DNA from: Gnetum montanum
Taxonomy: Eukaryota > Plantae > Gnetophyta
Reading direction: 5' to 3'
Length of the DNA stretch: 64,000 nt
Assembly (NCBI GenBank): GCA_015680685.1
Contig: MNCI01000406.1
Span: 120,768-184,767, forward strand
The notes below the pieces were generated by a model. That model was not told where the DNA came from and made no database searches. It saw nothing but the letters and a program-made list of their open reading frames with translations. The translations under genes and the position numbers were made by a program. Positions 39,901-54,900 of the stretch are shown here, one piece after another (the first letter of the stretch is position 1; each line of letters begins with the position of its first letter).

Positions 39901-42900
39901 TTTATGGCAGCCTTCTTGCATGGTGATTTTGATGAAAAGATATAAATGCAACAGCCTAAAGGATTTATAGATTAAAAATACCCAAATCTAGTGTGTAGGT
40001 GAATAGGAGTCTGTAGAGCCTGAAACAAGCTCTCAGACAGTGGTATAAGAAGTTTGATGTATTTATGAACAAGCTAAAATATAACAGAAGCAATTTTGAC
40101 CCCTGTATTTTTAAGGTAGTATGAAAGATAAGTTTTGAATTTTGCTGCTTTATGTTGATGACATGTTTATTGCTAGGAGATAAAATGATTAAAATTAAAA
40201 ATGGGAAAAGATTTGCAATGAAGGATTTGGGACCAACAAGGAAAATTCTTGGCATGAAAATTGAAAGGAATAGAAAGAGAAAGTTATTGTTGTTAAGTCA
40301 AGAAGAACACGTTTCCAAAGTGTTGGACAGGTTTGGTATGTCTAATGCAAATGTTTGTTGTGACTTGTTTTTTTTTTTTAATAATGATCGAGTATTATAC
40401 CTCAAAAAAATGTATGTGCAATAGCAAAAACGTCCAAGGACCCTTACTCCATCCAAGGAGTATGCCCAAGACAATGCCACCATCTCCCAAAATCCCCAAT
40501 ACCAAAATCTTCCTACCAAAGCCAAACCCTACAATCCCCTAAATGTTAAGAACAAAAGGCCATCTCGGGTCCTAACCATGGTTCTGCAAAAGTCAAGACC
40601 CATCACACCAAGAAAACCCATGCAACCCCATCCCCCCAGCTCAGTGTCATGAAACATTAATCATGTGTCCCATCCCCTGAAGCAACCCTAGTATCCACTG
40701 TAGTGTCTTGAACAGCCACAACCTTCAACGCCATCTCTGTCTAAAGCTCCCTTCTCACTTCCTCTTCCAATTTGAACCTCAGCTCCCATCTGTAGGCTTG
40801 TTCCAACCTTTGCCTCCTATGCTCACTCATTTGTTGCAGTTCTGCACGTTGTTGCTCAGCAAGGTATGCAATCCCCCAAACATCTTCTTCCCACTGCCTC
40901 CAACTCACTTCCCACTAAGCCCTCCCCTCAGCTCTGGCATTGTCGATGGCAACCTTACTTACCTTCTCAATCATCTCTTGGACCACCTCCAGTGTCGCAA
41001 GAGTCGTCCAACTCCCCAGCTCCTGCCTTTTCCTCAAATCAGTTGGTCCTATCCCCATCCTAGAAGCAGGGCGCTCCTACCTCTCCTATCCCGATGTCGA
41101 TGCATGCACTTCCAACGCAACCCTTATCCATCTTCAAAAATACACCCACATGAACAGTTTGCTTCCCTCAATCACCACCAACATCCTGCATCTCCACAAC
41201 GCAAGAATCAACCTCAGGTAACACCCCTTCCTCTTTCGCTTCAAGCAATCCAGCAAAAACCTCAGAAAATTCACCTACAGTCCATATTTCAGACATCACA
41301 GCAACACAAAGTGCATGCCCAATAGCTTATGTGCACATCCAAACTACACAAAATAACAACCAATAAGCACTACCGCTACCTGCCAAATTCAGGGCAATGC
41401 CAACTTCCTAATGTGCCCGCTAGCCATTCTAGGCACCCTTCCTTGGAAGAACTCCACGACAAATCTTTGAGAATGTAACGTAGGTGCTATGACTTCCTCC
41501 CCCTGCAGCAGTCCTAACACCGCTGCCATAGCTAACTCCGTAAGCCAAATTCTCAGTCCCCGGAAAATAGTTTCTTCCCCATGCGAATTAGCAAAAAAGG
41601 TTTCATCAACAACCCTCGGCTCCCCGACAATTGTGTGCAACATCCCTACCCATCCGACACGCTCAACAAGCTGCCAAAGCTCCATGTTGTCTTTAAACTC
41701 CTTGGGGGCCGGGTCATACCACTGTGCTACCCCATGCTAGTCGTGGCTTCCTCCCACAATCGCAGGCCCACCCTCATAGCCTCCACCAACACAAGCAACC
41801 GGGACCCCCTAAACACCAAATTATTTCAGCATTTCCAGGCCCCCCACAACACTAACAGCTCTTTAGAATCACAAAATAACTCAAAGTGGGCAAATCAGGC
41901 TTATCGCAATGTCGCACTTCCTAAGCATGCCCCTAACCACCAACGCTTTGTGCTTAATTACCAAAGCGAAAGCCTTAAGTTTTTCAGGCAACCACCCTTT
42001 CCAAATCTTCTACCATCTCTGATCTGGAGGATACATGACTCTGGTGAGCTCTGTAGGATCATGTCCCAAAAGCCCCTGCTCTATCATCTCATGTGCATGC
42101 TTGCATACATTCCTCCAAAGCTATGAACTCCCAACATCTGCCTCCCACATCTGATATTTCTGCCTTAACATCTTGATCCATTATATGCTTGTCTCTCACC
42201 CTGCCTAAGAAGTCTATTCGTCAATCTCTGCAACCCCAACTTAATCTCATCTTTAAAAGATAGAGTGCTGATCCCCCCAGCATTTCTAGGTCTTGCAACA
42301 TTTTCCCAACAGATCAAATGCATCTTTAGGCCACCCTTCCCCCAAGACCATATAAACCAACAAATGATCTCATCAATTTCTTGTGTTGCCCCAGCCGACG
42401 GAGCCACCATAGAAGCGGTGAACCACGCAATTACCATCAACACTGTTGATGTTAATAACATCTTACCCTTTCTCGAAAGGAACTTATTCACCCAACCTTT
42501 AGTTTTTTGCTGCAATCGTTGTATCAATCTCTTCTAGGTCTGCTGTCAGTGCCAACCAAAAAAGGGGATGCTCAAATACAAGTCATTATGGAGTCCTAGC
42601 AAAATTCCCAAAGCTTGTGAAATCCTCCCCTTAACCTAGTCCACCATGTTGACCATATAAAGCACCAATTTAGCTTTATTTATCTCCAATCCCACTTCAA
42701 GACCTAACTTCATCAGGGCCCTCTAAAGCACCACAACTTGCAGCATGGCCGCTCACGCAAAAAGGACTATGCCATCTACATGATGTTGGATTAAGCACTG
42801 CACCCCTGCAATTTCCACACCTCCCATTCCCTTAGCTGCACAGTATTGCTACAACAAGTCCATCATTAGAATGAACGGTAACGGAGATAACGAATCCCCT

Positions 42901-45900
42901 TGTCATAGCCCCCTCCCAATCCCATGAAAACCCCAAAATTTGCCATCAATATCAAACACATATCTACCGGAGCTTTGTAAATGTATGCAAAGCTTAACAA
43001 ATTCTACCCTGAAACCCTAACAAATCATTACCTCCCCCAGTGCCTCCCAACTAACAGTGTCTTAGGCTTTGGTGATGTCTAATTTGACGCACATCCTAGG
43101 GAAGCCCACACTCCCGAACGAATGTACTATTTCTTGTAGTAGAAGCACTTGATCCTAGAGATACCAACCTACCACGAAACCCGTCTGATTCTCCCCCACC
43201 AATTTCAGCATCAACAAGGCCAACCATTGCACAAGCATCTTAGTAAAAAGCTACAACAGGGTGTTGCAGACCTTGATCAACTGAAAGTGTGTCGAAGATG
43301 AAAGGCAAGGAACCTTCGAAATAAGAACAATACAAGAGTAATTAAGTTCCTTACGAACCTACTACCACTTTAGCATGTTGTTAAAGGCATCAAGAAGGTT
43401 CCCCTTGAGAACATCTGCAAACTCCTTGAAGAATTCTATTGGCCACCCATCAGGACCCAAGGCCTTATTGAGCTTCATCAACTGCATAGCTACATCCAGC
43501 TCCTGTCTCGAAAAAGGCTTTAGTAATGCCATGTTCTCAACAACCCCTAGCACTTGCTGAATTGGCAGTTAAATCTTCTGCGTATCACGACACTGCCAAA
43601 TATTTGTCTAGTATTTCTCAATCGCCTCCACCACTAAACTAGTGCCCCCCATCTGTGCGTCCTCCAGCGCCAAATGTAACTTTTGTTTCGCATGTCCATT
43701 CCCCTCTGCCATAGCAAAGAAAAACTACATATTGCGGTCCCCCTCCCTCAACCAATTCACATGCGCCCGTTGATGCCAATAACCTTCCTCTTCCAGATCA
43801 AGCTCTTGTAAACCCTACAACACCCCATTTTCCTTGTGTGTTAGATCCACCCCATTTTCTTGGCACCCCTAGATTTCCCGTAGTCTGTTTTGCAACTGCA
43901 AACAATAGGCTCTAAAACTACACTTGTCCTCAAAGGCCTTTTCCCTAATCCATTGTTTGAGGGTGCGCAGTCCTTGTTTCAAGAACTCTCTGGGATCCTG
44001 AGCCTGCACATATTCATACTAGATGTCCTAAACCAATGGTTGTAGCCATGCCTTTCCCAACCACATGTGTTCAAAACGGAATAGTCTAGGGAAAGACCTT
44101 CCTAACTACTCCAAATGACAAACAAGTCATCGATGATCAAACGCCTATCGTTCACACCCCACTACTTGAATATCAAGTTCAAGCACCACCATCCTCATAC
44201 CAACCCACACCCTATCAATCTGCGATTGGACCCCATCCTTCCCTTTCCTTCAATTACTCCAGGTGTACTAACAACCTGCAATCTCCAAGTCCACCAGCTC
44301 CTATTCCCGTAGAAACTCCATACATTTCAACCCCCTCAAGAGATCCGAGGTTTCCACTCCCGTCTTTTCCCATGAAAATAATCGTTGATTGAAATCCCCA
44401 ATCAACATCCAATGATGCTTATTAGAAACAACCCTCCCCAAATGCCACAGCTCTAACACTCGCACCTCCCAATTTTGGGCACCGTAGACATTGGTCAGCT
44501 AGAGATTTTCCTATATCACGTGCACGAGCTAGCTCCATTGCGACTCATCAATCAACGTGAACTTCAACTATGAAAGGATAGCAAGCCCACCAACCCTTCC
44601 TCAGCAAGGCACCATAAACTACCATCCCTTCCAATCCAACAAGCCATATTGCATTCAACTTCGTTTGTTGCAAGCAAATAACTTTACACCCTTCACTTCG
44701 CACAATCTTCTTTAAGGTATTTCTTTTGTAGGGGGTACCCTGTCCCCTGCAATTCCATGAGAGCAACATCAAATGACCCGACGATCATCGTTGGTAGACC
44801 TCTTTCAAGGTCCTCTACAAGCCCAAATCAATATCAAACTGTGTTTGCTTTTTCCTCACAATCTATGCCCCCAAGCGCATCATGGAATATCTTTCATTAG
44901 AGGTTTGCCTGATCCTTTGGCCACTTCAATCCAACTTCCCCATAGTGGGCACCCCCCTTCTGACGAACCTGTGCCTTCAACCCCCACCTTTAGCATGAAC
45001 AACATTGACTCGCCATGGGCAACCTCCCGTAGCGCATCCTGCTACTCCACCGGCAATGCTTGCTTCTACTCTGCCTCTAGGGTCTCCTTCTACTCCGCCT
45101 GTGATTCCGGCAACAGAACCAGCTCCACCACTTACACCTCCTACATCTCTGGCACAGCCTAGCCCTTCTTAATTCTGAACCAACCTAATTGTGCAAGCTG
45201 CACCATTGAGGTCAGCCCTTTCAACTTCTTGGTGCAGGCTTTGTAGTCTGCTGCCCAATGCCCTGCTTTGCCACATTTTGTGCATCCAATCCTCTTAACA
45301 ATCAAGGGTTGCACCACCCCAAAATTTGCATATTCAATCCAAATTTTTTCTGCTCCAAAGGGAAGGTCCAACGTAACCTCACTCACAAGCTCCTTTGAGG
45401 ATAGCGACCTCCAAATGCAGAAACGTGCAAAACCCATCCTCTCCATTGAGTGCGTGAAGGCATCAAACATGATGAAATCCCGAAAACCCCCCACAAATGT
45501 TTCTAGGAACTCCGGATTCCACCATTCCCATGGTATCCCCGTAGCTCAGATCCACACCAGCCCCCGATAATACAAGTCCTCACAATGGGCACCTGGTTGC
45601 CACTTGGTTAGGGCCAACCCCCGTGCCCTGTAGAACCACGAACCCCCCACCATGATCCAATCCTAATCCTCCACTATGCAGAAAGTGAAGAGTAGAAACT
45701 CCTCAATCAAACATCGCACCCCAACATTTGTCAGCCCCCTAGTATTCTATGCCCACTATTTGATCAAGTCCAAGAGAGGACACACTCCACTCAACACAAA
45801 TTTCCCAATAAGGCTAAGTTCCATCCTTCTGACACCCGCATCCAATGGCTTGCACACCTTCAAGGTCACGTTCCCACCCTACCTGGAGATTTCATCCAAA

Positions 45901-48900
45901 CCACCAGCTCCCAAGCCTGCTGCCTACCTGACTCCCTGGATCCAAATCAAGTCCTCCACGCTTCCTAACCCAACACCTGCCAAGGCTTCTCCCAAGCTGC
46001 CACTCGCCGCAGCACTGACCATGCCCGCCTCCCCATCTACCATGTCATCTGCTCCTACAACCCTAGCCTCACAAGACCCAACACTGCCAACCTTGCACAC
46101 CCTCATGCCCGTTCCCGCTCCTGTTCCCATTTCAAATCTCCACTTTTGATTCACAACTTTTGCCTAATGTGAATGTTGTTAGTACTTCTCTTGCCTCTCA
46201 TTTCAAGTTAAGCAAAAAAATAAGTGTCCAAAAACTTTAATAGAAATAGCACAAATGAAAACTATACCATATAACTCTATTGTTGGTTCAATACTATATG
46301 TCATGGTTTGCATTAGGCCTGATATTGGTGTTGTACGTAGATTCATGAGTAATCTAGGCTGGATACATTGGACTATAGTGAAATGGACTTCACGATATTG
46401 AAAGGGAACTCAATCCTAGAAGCTATAGTTTGAAGGAGGAGATCTACAAGGTAATAGGTTTTTTTAATGCAAATTTTTGTAGTGATTTAGACATTGGGTG
46501 GTCTACTACAAGTTATGCATTTATGTTTCATAGAGGTATTGTTAGTTGCTTGTCAAGGTTACAATTATGGGTTACTTTATCCAGCATTGAATCCTAGAAG
46601 CTACAGTTTGAAGGAGGAGATCTACAAGGTAATAGATTTTTTTATGCAAGTTTTTGTAGTGATTTAAACACTAGGCAGTCTACTACAAGTTATGCATTAT
46701 GTTTCGCAAAGGTATTGTTAGTTGGTTGTCAAGGTTACAGTTATGGGTTACTTTATCCAGCACAGAGCCTGAATGTGTAGCATTAGCAAAAGGCTTTAAA
46801 AAAAAGTTGGGGCTTCATAGTTTTCTAACTTCTTTAAGAATTATTAAACAAAAGAGTTATGATGTGATTTTTTATAGCCAAAGTGCAATCTTTCTAGCCA
46901 AAAATCTAGCCACCATGGAAGCACACAAGACATAGATATAAAGCATCATTTCATCAGAGACATCACAGAAGAGGAATTTGTAAATGTGCAAGAAGTTCAT
47001 ACTAAGAAGAATGTTGCTAACAGCCTAACAAAGACCATGGCAATGCAAAAACAAGTGTTTTACAGAGAGCAGCTTGCACTGGCAAAAACATGAGCTTTAG
47101 CAGGGTAGCTCTTGTTCTTGAAGATTAACCAAATTTGCTTTAAGGGGGAGAAATGTTAAAATGAAGCCAAATTCTGTATGCTTTTTAAAAGTCTTTGTTA
47201 GTTAGAAAAAAGGAGGTGTCATATTCCTTGTAATATTTAAAGTTACTTTTTACAATGTTAACTTTACGATGTAAAGGGAAATCTAGAAGGTTCTAGATAT
47301 ATCCGAAAAATAATTTTAGATAGTTCTAGATGGTCATAGAAACTATTATCAGGAACTTTAAAAGAAACCAAACCTAATAACGCTATCATCCAAAATCATG
47401 ACCTGAAGCATTTTAGTAGTTAATCATACGTAATTTTATCTCATGTGTATAATGGAAGTAAAATTAAGTAGTCACATTGCTCAATGCTCAATAATTTTGC
47501 ATTTGTACACTACAACTTAGTGCATGTGCCATGGCTTCTCAAACCAAAAGCCTTTGCATTGCAATAACATGGGACTGTCGTTGGGCTAATTGTTATTTTA
47601 GCCACATATATGCGAAAAAAACTTTTATATCTTCTACCTTGAGCCCTTCATGATATTGCAATGTTCTAGTAATAGATATGAACATTGCCATTATCAAAGA
47701 AGTCTGCAATGAATCTATATGATAACAAATATTGACCAAGCATGCCAAGCTAATATGCAATCTAGCTTTCAAAAAGGAGTATGATAAAAATTTTATTAAA
47801 AAGCTGAAATAATTAATAAAACACAAAATTTACATATAAAAAGAAATTATGCACAGTTGAAATATGGAATGAAGAGATATGACTCTCAATAAGAAAATTC
47901 ATCAATCTTAAATCATCATCACTACCACCATGATTGATGCCTCAATCTCATCTACATGCAATTGGCTTTTTGTGAATAAATGTAAAATTGGCACTCTGCC
48001 TAACACAAATATGAGCATTTACTCTTTTGGTAATGGCTACATTATCTTGTCAGTAAGCCAGGTCCTAGCACCATACAAGCACTATTGAAAAGATGAAACC
48101 AATTGTGCTTTCAAGAATATGTCCAAAATATACCAACTTCTAACAAATTATTGAAATTTATCCTTTCTTCCCTAAAGTTAAATGTTCAATAACTTGTGAA
48201 AATTCCATTTGATTAAGTGTATTCAACAATTATTGTAATTCTACCAATGGTAGTGCCAAACCTATAAAAAAAAAAAAGAGGCTTGATGTAATTAAAGACT
48301 GATTTTGAGAGAGAATGAATGGTTCTTTTCTTATTCTCAGAATGAAAAATAAAAACAATTATATAGGATTGCCACAAGCTGGTCAAATCCTCATAAGGTA
48401 AAAATAAATTGACAACTAATTAGGCAACTAATTGACAGAAAATCTGGCAACTAAATGCCTAAAGAAAAGGAAAGAATAAAACAGAAAATAACTCACACTA
48501 AATCTGGAGAAATTTTAGGAATTAACTCCTAGAATCATTCTACTCTACCCCTCAAGTTGAGTTGTATATGTTTATCAAACCCAACTTGGAGCTCAATTCT
48601 TCAAAGTTGATGCGTGGTAGAGGTTTTATCAAGATGTCAACAATCTGATGTCGTGTTGGTGTGTAGGACACAGAGATTAGATCTGGGTCAATGTTTTCCT
48701 TAATGAAATGTTGATTTATCTCGATATGCTTGGTGCGATCATGGTGCACAGGATTCTTTACAATACTTATAGCTGCTAGGTTATCACAGTAAACTTTCAT
48801 GCAATTTCCATAAGGTAGTTTAAGTTCTGAAAGTTACCTCTGTAGCCACATGATTTCACAAATACTTAGAGCCATTGCTCTAAATTCAGCTTATGCACTA

Positions 48901-51900
48901 CTCCTTACAACTTCCGATTGCTTCTTGCTCTGCCATGTGACCAAGTTCCCCGAATAATAGCAACAGTATCCACTAGTTGATCTTCTATCAATGGGAGATC
49001 CTGCCCAATCAACATCAGTGTAGATGCTGATATCTCTACTGTCAATTTTCTTAAATAACAACCCTTTCCCTGGTGTCATTTTGAGATATCTAAGAATGTG
49101 ATAGACTGCATCAAGATGATCTTCCCTTGGATTGTTCATAAACTAACTTACAACATTAGCAAAGAAACCTATATTTGGCCGAGTGTGGGAGAGATAGATC
49201 AATTTTCCTACAACACGGTAATATCTATCTTTATCAACTGGTGGGCTATCTTCACTTGCTCCTAATTTCTTTCTAGAATCCATAAGGGTTTCCACAGGTT
49301 TACAACCAAGCATTCATGTTTCCTTTAATAAGTCTAAAATGTACTTATGTTGAGAAACACAAATACCTTTTCTTCACGGAGCAATCTCCATCCCTAGGAA
49401 ATACTTCAGGGATCCTAGATCCTTGATTTCAAATTCTGTAGCTAGAAATTTCTTCAATATAAGAATTTCTTCCTGGTAGTCTCCTATCACAACTATATCA
49501 TCTACATAAACAATCAAAATTGCCCTTTTACCTCCAATTGACTCCTTAAGAAACAAGGTATGATATGCCTGGCATTGGTTGTAACCAAACTTCTTCATGG
49601 CCTTTGCAAACCTATCAAACCATGCTCTAGGAGATTGTTTTAGCCTGTAGAGTGACTTCTTGAGCTTGCAAACTTGTATTGGCTTTTTAGAACTTTCAAA
49701 CCCAAGAGGCATGTCCATGTAGACCTCTTCTTCAAGATCCCCATTGAGAAAAGCAGTCTTAACGTCAAGTTGGTATAGAGGCCAGTCAAGATTTGCAGCC
49801 ATTCAGATAAGAACTCTGATTGTGTTGAGTTTGGCTATCAGAGCGAATGTCTCCTGAGAATCTATCCCATATGATTGAGTAAATCCTCTAGCAACTAATC
49901 AGGCCTTGTACCTTTCTATGCTGCCATCAAGATTGTGTTTGATCGTAAAAATCCATTTGCACCCTACAGTTCTCTTATTGTCGGGTAGTGTAGTAACTTC
50001 CCATGTTCCATTCTTCTCAAGGGCTCTAATTTCCTCATTCATGGCCACTTTCCATTCTGGATGCTTCAAGGCTTCATGAATATTATTGGGAATCATAGTG
50101 GATACAAGATTAAGTGTGAAGGCCTTGAAAACTAGAGACAAACCTTCATAAGAAACAAAGTATGAAATAGGATGATGAGTGCATGAACGAACACCCTTTC
50201 AAAGAGCAATAAACTACCCAAGATCATCCGGCAACTCAACAGTATCAAAATTAACATCACTATTACCTGGTATTTCAAGATTCTTGGAGTTCGACTATGA
50301 GTCATGATTCAACAAAGGATGTGTACTTGTCTCTAGTTCGTCCTAAAATTTGGGAGAACCTAGAGGAACAACACCTGGATCAATTTCAACTTTAGACTCT
50401 GTAGGTTGAGTTGTGTTTGAGGTTTGAGGGTCTGATGGACTTTGAACCAAGGACACAAGAGAAGGTGGAGGCGAAGCAATAGTGGGTCCGATTTCAACAT
50501 TGGATTCCCAAAACTAATATTCTTCAACTGGCTCACTCTCCCCCTGAATAGTAGTTTTCGGGTAATAGGGTTGATCTTCCAAAAAGGTAACATCCATTGA
50601 AACAAAAAATCGATGTTTTGTGGACAATAGCACTTATACCCTTTCTGTGTGTGAGAATACCTAAGGAAAAGACACTTTTCTGATTTTGGGTCCAATTTGC
50701 TTCTGTGAGATTGATTTATGTGGACAAAGGCAGAACATCCAAACACCTTTAAAGGAATGTTGGAAATAAAGGTGGGAATTTGGAAAGGATTCAAGGAATA
50801 CTTGACACGGTGTTTTGAAGTTTAAAACTCGTGACAACATTCTATTTATGAGATAAGCAAATGTAAGAACAAGTTCCACCCAAAAATATGTTGGAGCATT
50901 TGGTGCAATCATGAGAGATCTTGCAACTTCTAACAGGTGTCTATTTTTCCTTTTTGAAACTCCATTTTGTTGGGAAGTTTCAACACAAGAGCCTTGATGA
51001 ACAATTCCCTAATCAAGAAGATATTTTCATAGATGAGAGGAGAAATATTCTTTGGCATTATCAGTTCTGAGAATTTGAATTTTGCTGTTAAACTGGGTAT
51101 TGACCATATTGCTGAAATTTTGGAAGATTGTCCCCACTTCGGACTTTGCTTTCATAAGGAATAGCCAAGTGACCTGAGTATGATCATCAATAAATAGAAC
51201 AAACCATCTAGAACCCATGATATTTTTTATTTTTGATGGACCCCAAACATCACTATGAACAAGAGCAAATGGTTGAGAAGATTTGTAAGGAACACTTTGA
51301 TATGAATTTCAAACATGTTTTGACAATTGACAAATCTCACAATGGAACAACTTTGGATTTTTATTAACAAATAATGATGGAAATAATTTTGCAAGGTATG
51401 GAAAATTTGCATGACCTAAACGGTAGTGCCATAACATGATTACACTATCTTTATTTTGAGAAGACATTAAGGATGAAACAAGACTCTAAGAAACAAACTT
51501 GATAGATTGATGTTGCCCCTTTTAGTGCTCTTCACTTTCCAAAAGATAGAGGCCCACAAACACCTTAGCTTTACCAATCATCATCCCTGATTCCAAGTCC
51601 TGAAATACACAATTTTGAGAAGTGAACTTAGTGATGCAATTCAAATCACTTGTGAGTTTACTAATAGATAGTAAGTTGCAGTCTAAATTGGGAACTAAGA
51701 GAACAGATTTCAATGTTATGTCCCTTGAGAGAGAGAGTGAACCATATAATGTCACTTTAGAGTAAGAACCATCAGCAATCTTAACAAAATAATTCTAAGT
51801 ACATGGAACAAAGTTCTCCAACAAGTTCGCATTCCCAGTCATGTGATTAGTTGCACCTGAGTCAATAATCCAACAATTTGATCCATCTTTATGAACTATT

Positions 51901-54900
51901 AGGGCTTTGGTAATATTACCTTTCTTAGCAATTGAACCTGTTCCAATTGTGGTACCCGATTGTTGAGATTGGATGGTCTGAGTCATCAATTTTTGAAGAG
52001 CATCAAGTTGTTCTTTGCTGAATGGAGACTTGGTGGAGGCCGGTTTTTCTTCCCCAAGGATCGCAGCAGTGTGTCCACTAGGCTAGTGATCTCTCTATCC
52101 TCAGGATTTATGATCTAGAGGGTATCCATGAAGAGCATAGCATTTGTCTTTCATGTGACCCAATTTCCAGCAATGTTCACACTTGGGTCTTCCTTTCTTT
52201 GACTAGTTCTCATCAGCATTGGCTGATTTCCCTTATACTACCATTGTTGAAGGCTCACCTACTTGCCCTCCAAGCATAAGTTTCCTCCTTCTCTCTTCAC
52301 AATGAACTTCAGAGAAAGCTTCTCAGAGAAAAGGTAGGGGTTTGGTTCCCAATATGTGACCACAAACCTCATCAAGACTAGGATTCAATCCCATTAGAAA
52401 CTTGAACACTCATTTCTTCTCAATGATAGACTTGACTCCATCATTTGGACTCTCCCAGTCATAAATCTCGTACGAATCTAATTGCTTCCATTGGTGTGAT
52501 AGGTGATTGAAATATTGAGTGAAATTGAGATCTCCTTGACAAAGCTCATTAAGGTTGCTCTCTATTGCAAATAATTCCGATGTATTTTCTTTATTGAAAA
52601 AAACTCCTTGGCAGCATCCCAAATCTCCTTTGCAATTTCGTAAAACATAAAGTTCTCGCCAATCTCTACCGTCATGGAATTGATCAACCATGACATCACC
52701 ATGTTGTTCTCTACATACCATGCTTTGAACTTTGGATCCTCCTTCGGTGGCGCAACTAAGACTCCGGTGACATAATCATCTTTCCTTTTCCCCCTCACAT
52801 ACATTAAAACCAAATGGGACCACTGGACATAATTAGGACCCAAAAGTTTGTGGACTGTGATAGGAGGAATAGAGGCATTTGAACTGCTTGAATTTGAGAG
52901 GGTAGCAGTTTCAGTGATGGGGGTAATTACAGAAGAAAAATGTTGGGTAGTATTTGCCAAGGACAAAGAATGGCAATAGAGGCTAGAATAGTGCAGGTGA
53001 AATCACAATAGTAAAATCTGAAACAGAAAAAACAGTGACAAAGAAAGAACAATCATGTCAGAGAAGAGCCTTTGAATAGGAACCCATCGGAAAAAATTGC
53101 CCCTAGGTATTAAACCTAAAGCTCCAATACCATAAAGACTGATTTTGAGAGAGAATGAATGGTTCTTCTCTTATTCTCAGAATGAATAATAACAACAATT
53201 ATATAGGATTGCCACAAGCTGGTCAAATCCTCATAAAAAGGGAAAAAATAAATTGACAACTGATTAGGCAACTAATTGACAGTAAATCTGACAACTAAAT
53301 GCCTAAAGAAAAGGAAAGAATAAAACAGGAAATAAATCACACTAAAGCTGGAAAATATAAATGGAGAAATTCTAGGAATTAACTCCTGGAATCATTCTGC
53401 AGTAATGTTTGCATCCAACTATAAAATCTTGTCAATCCATTTATGCAACAAGGGAGAATAACATTAAAAATAACAGTATAGAAGGAAGTTTAGAGGTTAT
53501 AATATAGTAATGAATATGAAGTAGAGCTGGCTAATATGGATTACCTACATTCAAAGAAAACCAAGGAAGGATGCATATTCTCCGATTTATCTCTTACTCC
53601 AAGTTGAATGAAATCAATGGAGACAGAACAAATAAGAGTTAGGATTAAATCATCAGAAAATGTCTATGAAAAATGGAGAAAGAGGACTCCTATAGTCAAC
53701 CCCAAATTGTTTGGTTAAGGCTATGAAAAAGAATCATATATAGCAATATGTGTGTAACATGGTAACAGAGGAATCTCCTCTTTATTAACATGCTTGAACA
53801 TATGTAACTTGTGGCTATTAGCTGTGTCCCTTAACATCCTACTGTTACATAAGATTATTGGGTGTCATTAGGACTCATAGGCTAAAGAATAGATGCCTAG
53901 GCAAAGAATAAAAGTACATAGCCATTTTATTAAAACAATTAACAATATTTCTGAGGAAGCAGCTATCATCAAAACCTTTATCACTATTCCTTTGCTTATT
54001 TAAAATTTAAAACACTTAAAATCAATTCAATAATTGAATACTCAAATTCTTCTACCTTCTCACAAACAACAGTGCGCCGAGGAACAAACACAACAATGTA
54101 TTCTCTCTGAATGTTTTGTCTGGTATCTTGCTGAATATGTGAGGCAATCAGCTTCATGAAATTCACTTGAGGCCTAACAAGGTACAAAACATTTTTGCAT
54201 TCTGTCTGAATGGGTTCAGCAGAAAGATGTCGCATATTTTCAATGCCATGTTCCTATACCCCAAAACAAGCACATGTGAGAATGGTACACTGAAAGCAGG
54301 CTCATTCATTCATATTTTAGAGTTAACTGGATTTACATCATACAGATAAAAGAGCTTATATTAAAGATAGCTTTATGATTACAAATCTTTGGACAGGAAA
54401 CACTTGCAAAATAATGAGATATATTAGAAATCAAGATGTTTGTGGTTTCTCATGTACACAATTAATACTCTAAAAATTATAATGTTTTGGTCTCTCAAGT
54501 TTCAAAAAAATTGTAAAACTAACTGTAGCTATATTTTTAAAAAAATAAAACAAATTTCCAAACTCTTTAGTACCAAAGAATCTGCCAAAGTCACATAGCC
54601 GTATACAAAACAATACATTGTCCTACTAAGATCAACTCAGCACCTTTTAATTGAAATTTGCTTAGGATTTGACAATGTTTTTATCGTTGGAAATGCTTCC
54701 ATACACCAAAATTGAACATAAACTTTTACCATACCCCAAGCTGCCATTTGAACCCACAATTTTGCCACTAAGCTATTTAAGCTTACACATTATGCCCCAC
54801 CATACTGCTAAGAGCATACAAGAGACTGATTTATAAGGTCAGCTTCTCAAGTCGATAGCTCAAACAAACTTGTAAATGAATTATTTTCAAGTATTTCAAT

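Larger units (their letters stand above)
37630..47340 (+). mobile_element. Degenerate Ty1/Copia element interrupted by an L1
   Basis: Decayed PBS ATTAGCATCAGAGC at about 37894; DSGASIHM; WH.YLGH; NGVAER; WDLVPLPKG; [15 protein letters not shown]; RNase [11 protein letters not shown]; PPT AAGGGGGAGA at about 47143 followed by TG. Confidence 0.88.

Noticed and set aside
40708-46149. Pro/Ser/His-rich plus-strand ORFs
   Set aside because: Antisense shadows of the G-rich minus-strand L1.
47480-47800. Weak hAT-like peptide ([14 protein letters not shown]) and similar hints at 31400-31800 and 37300-37630
   Set aside because: Too degenerate to support without a search.
54800-54870. Possible second hammerhead motif (GACT...AGTCGATAGCTC)
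   Set aside because: No CUGANGA core or stem I could be supported.
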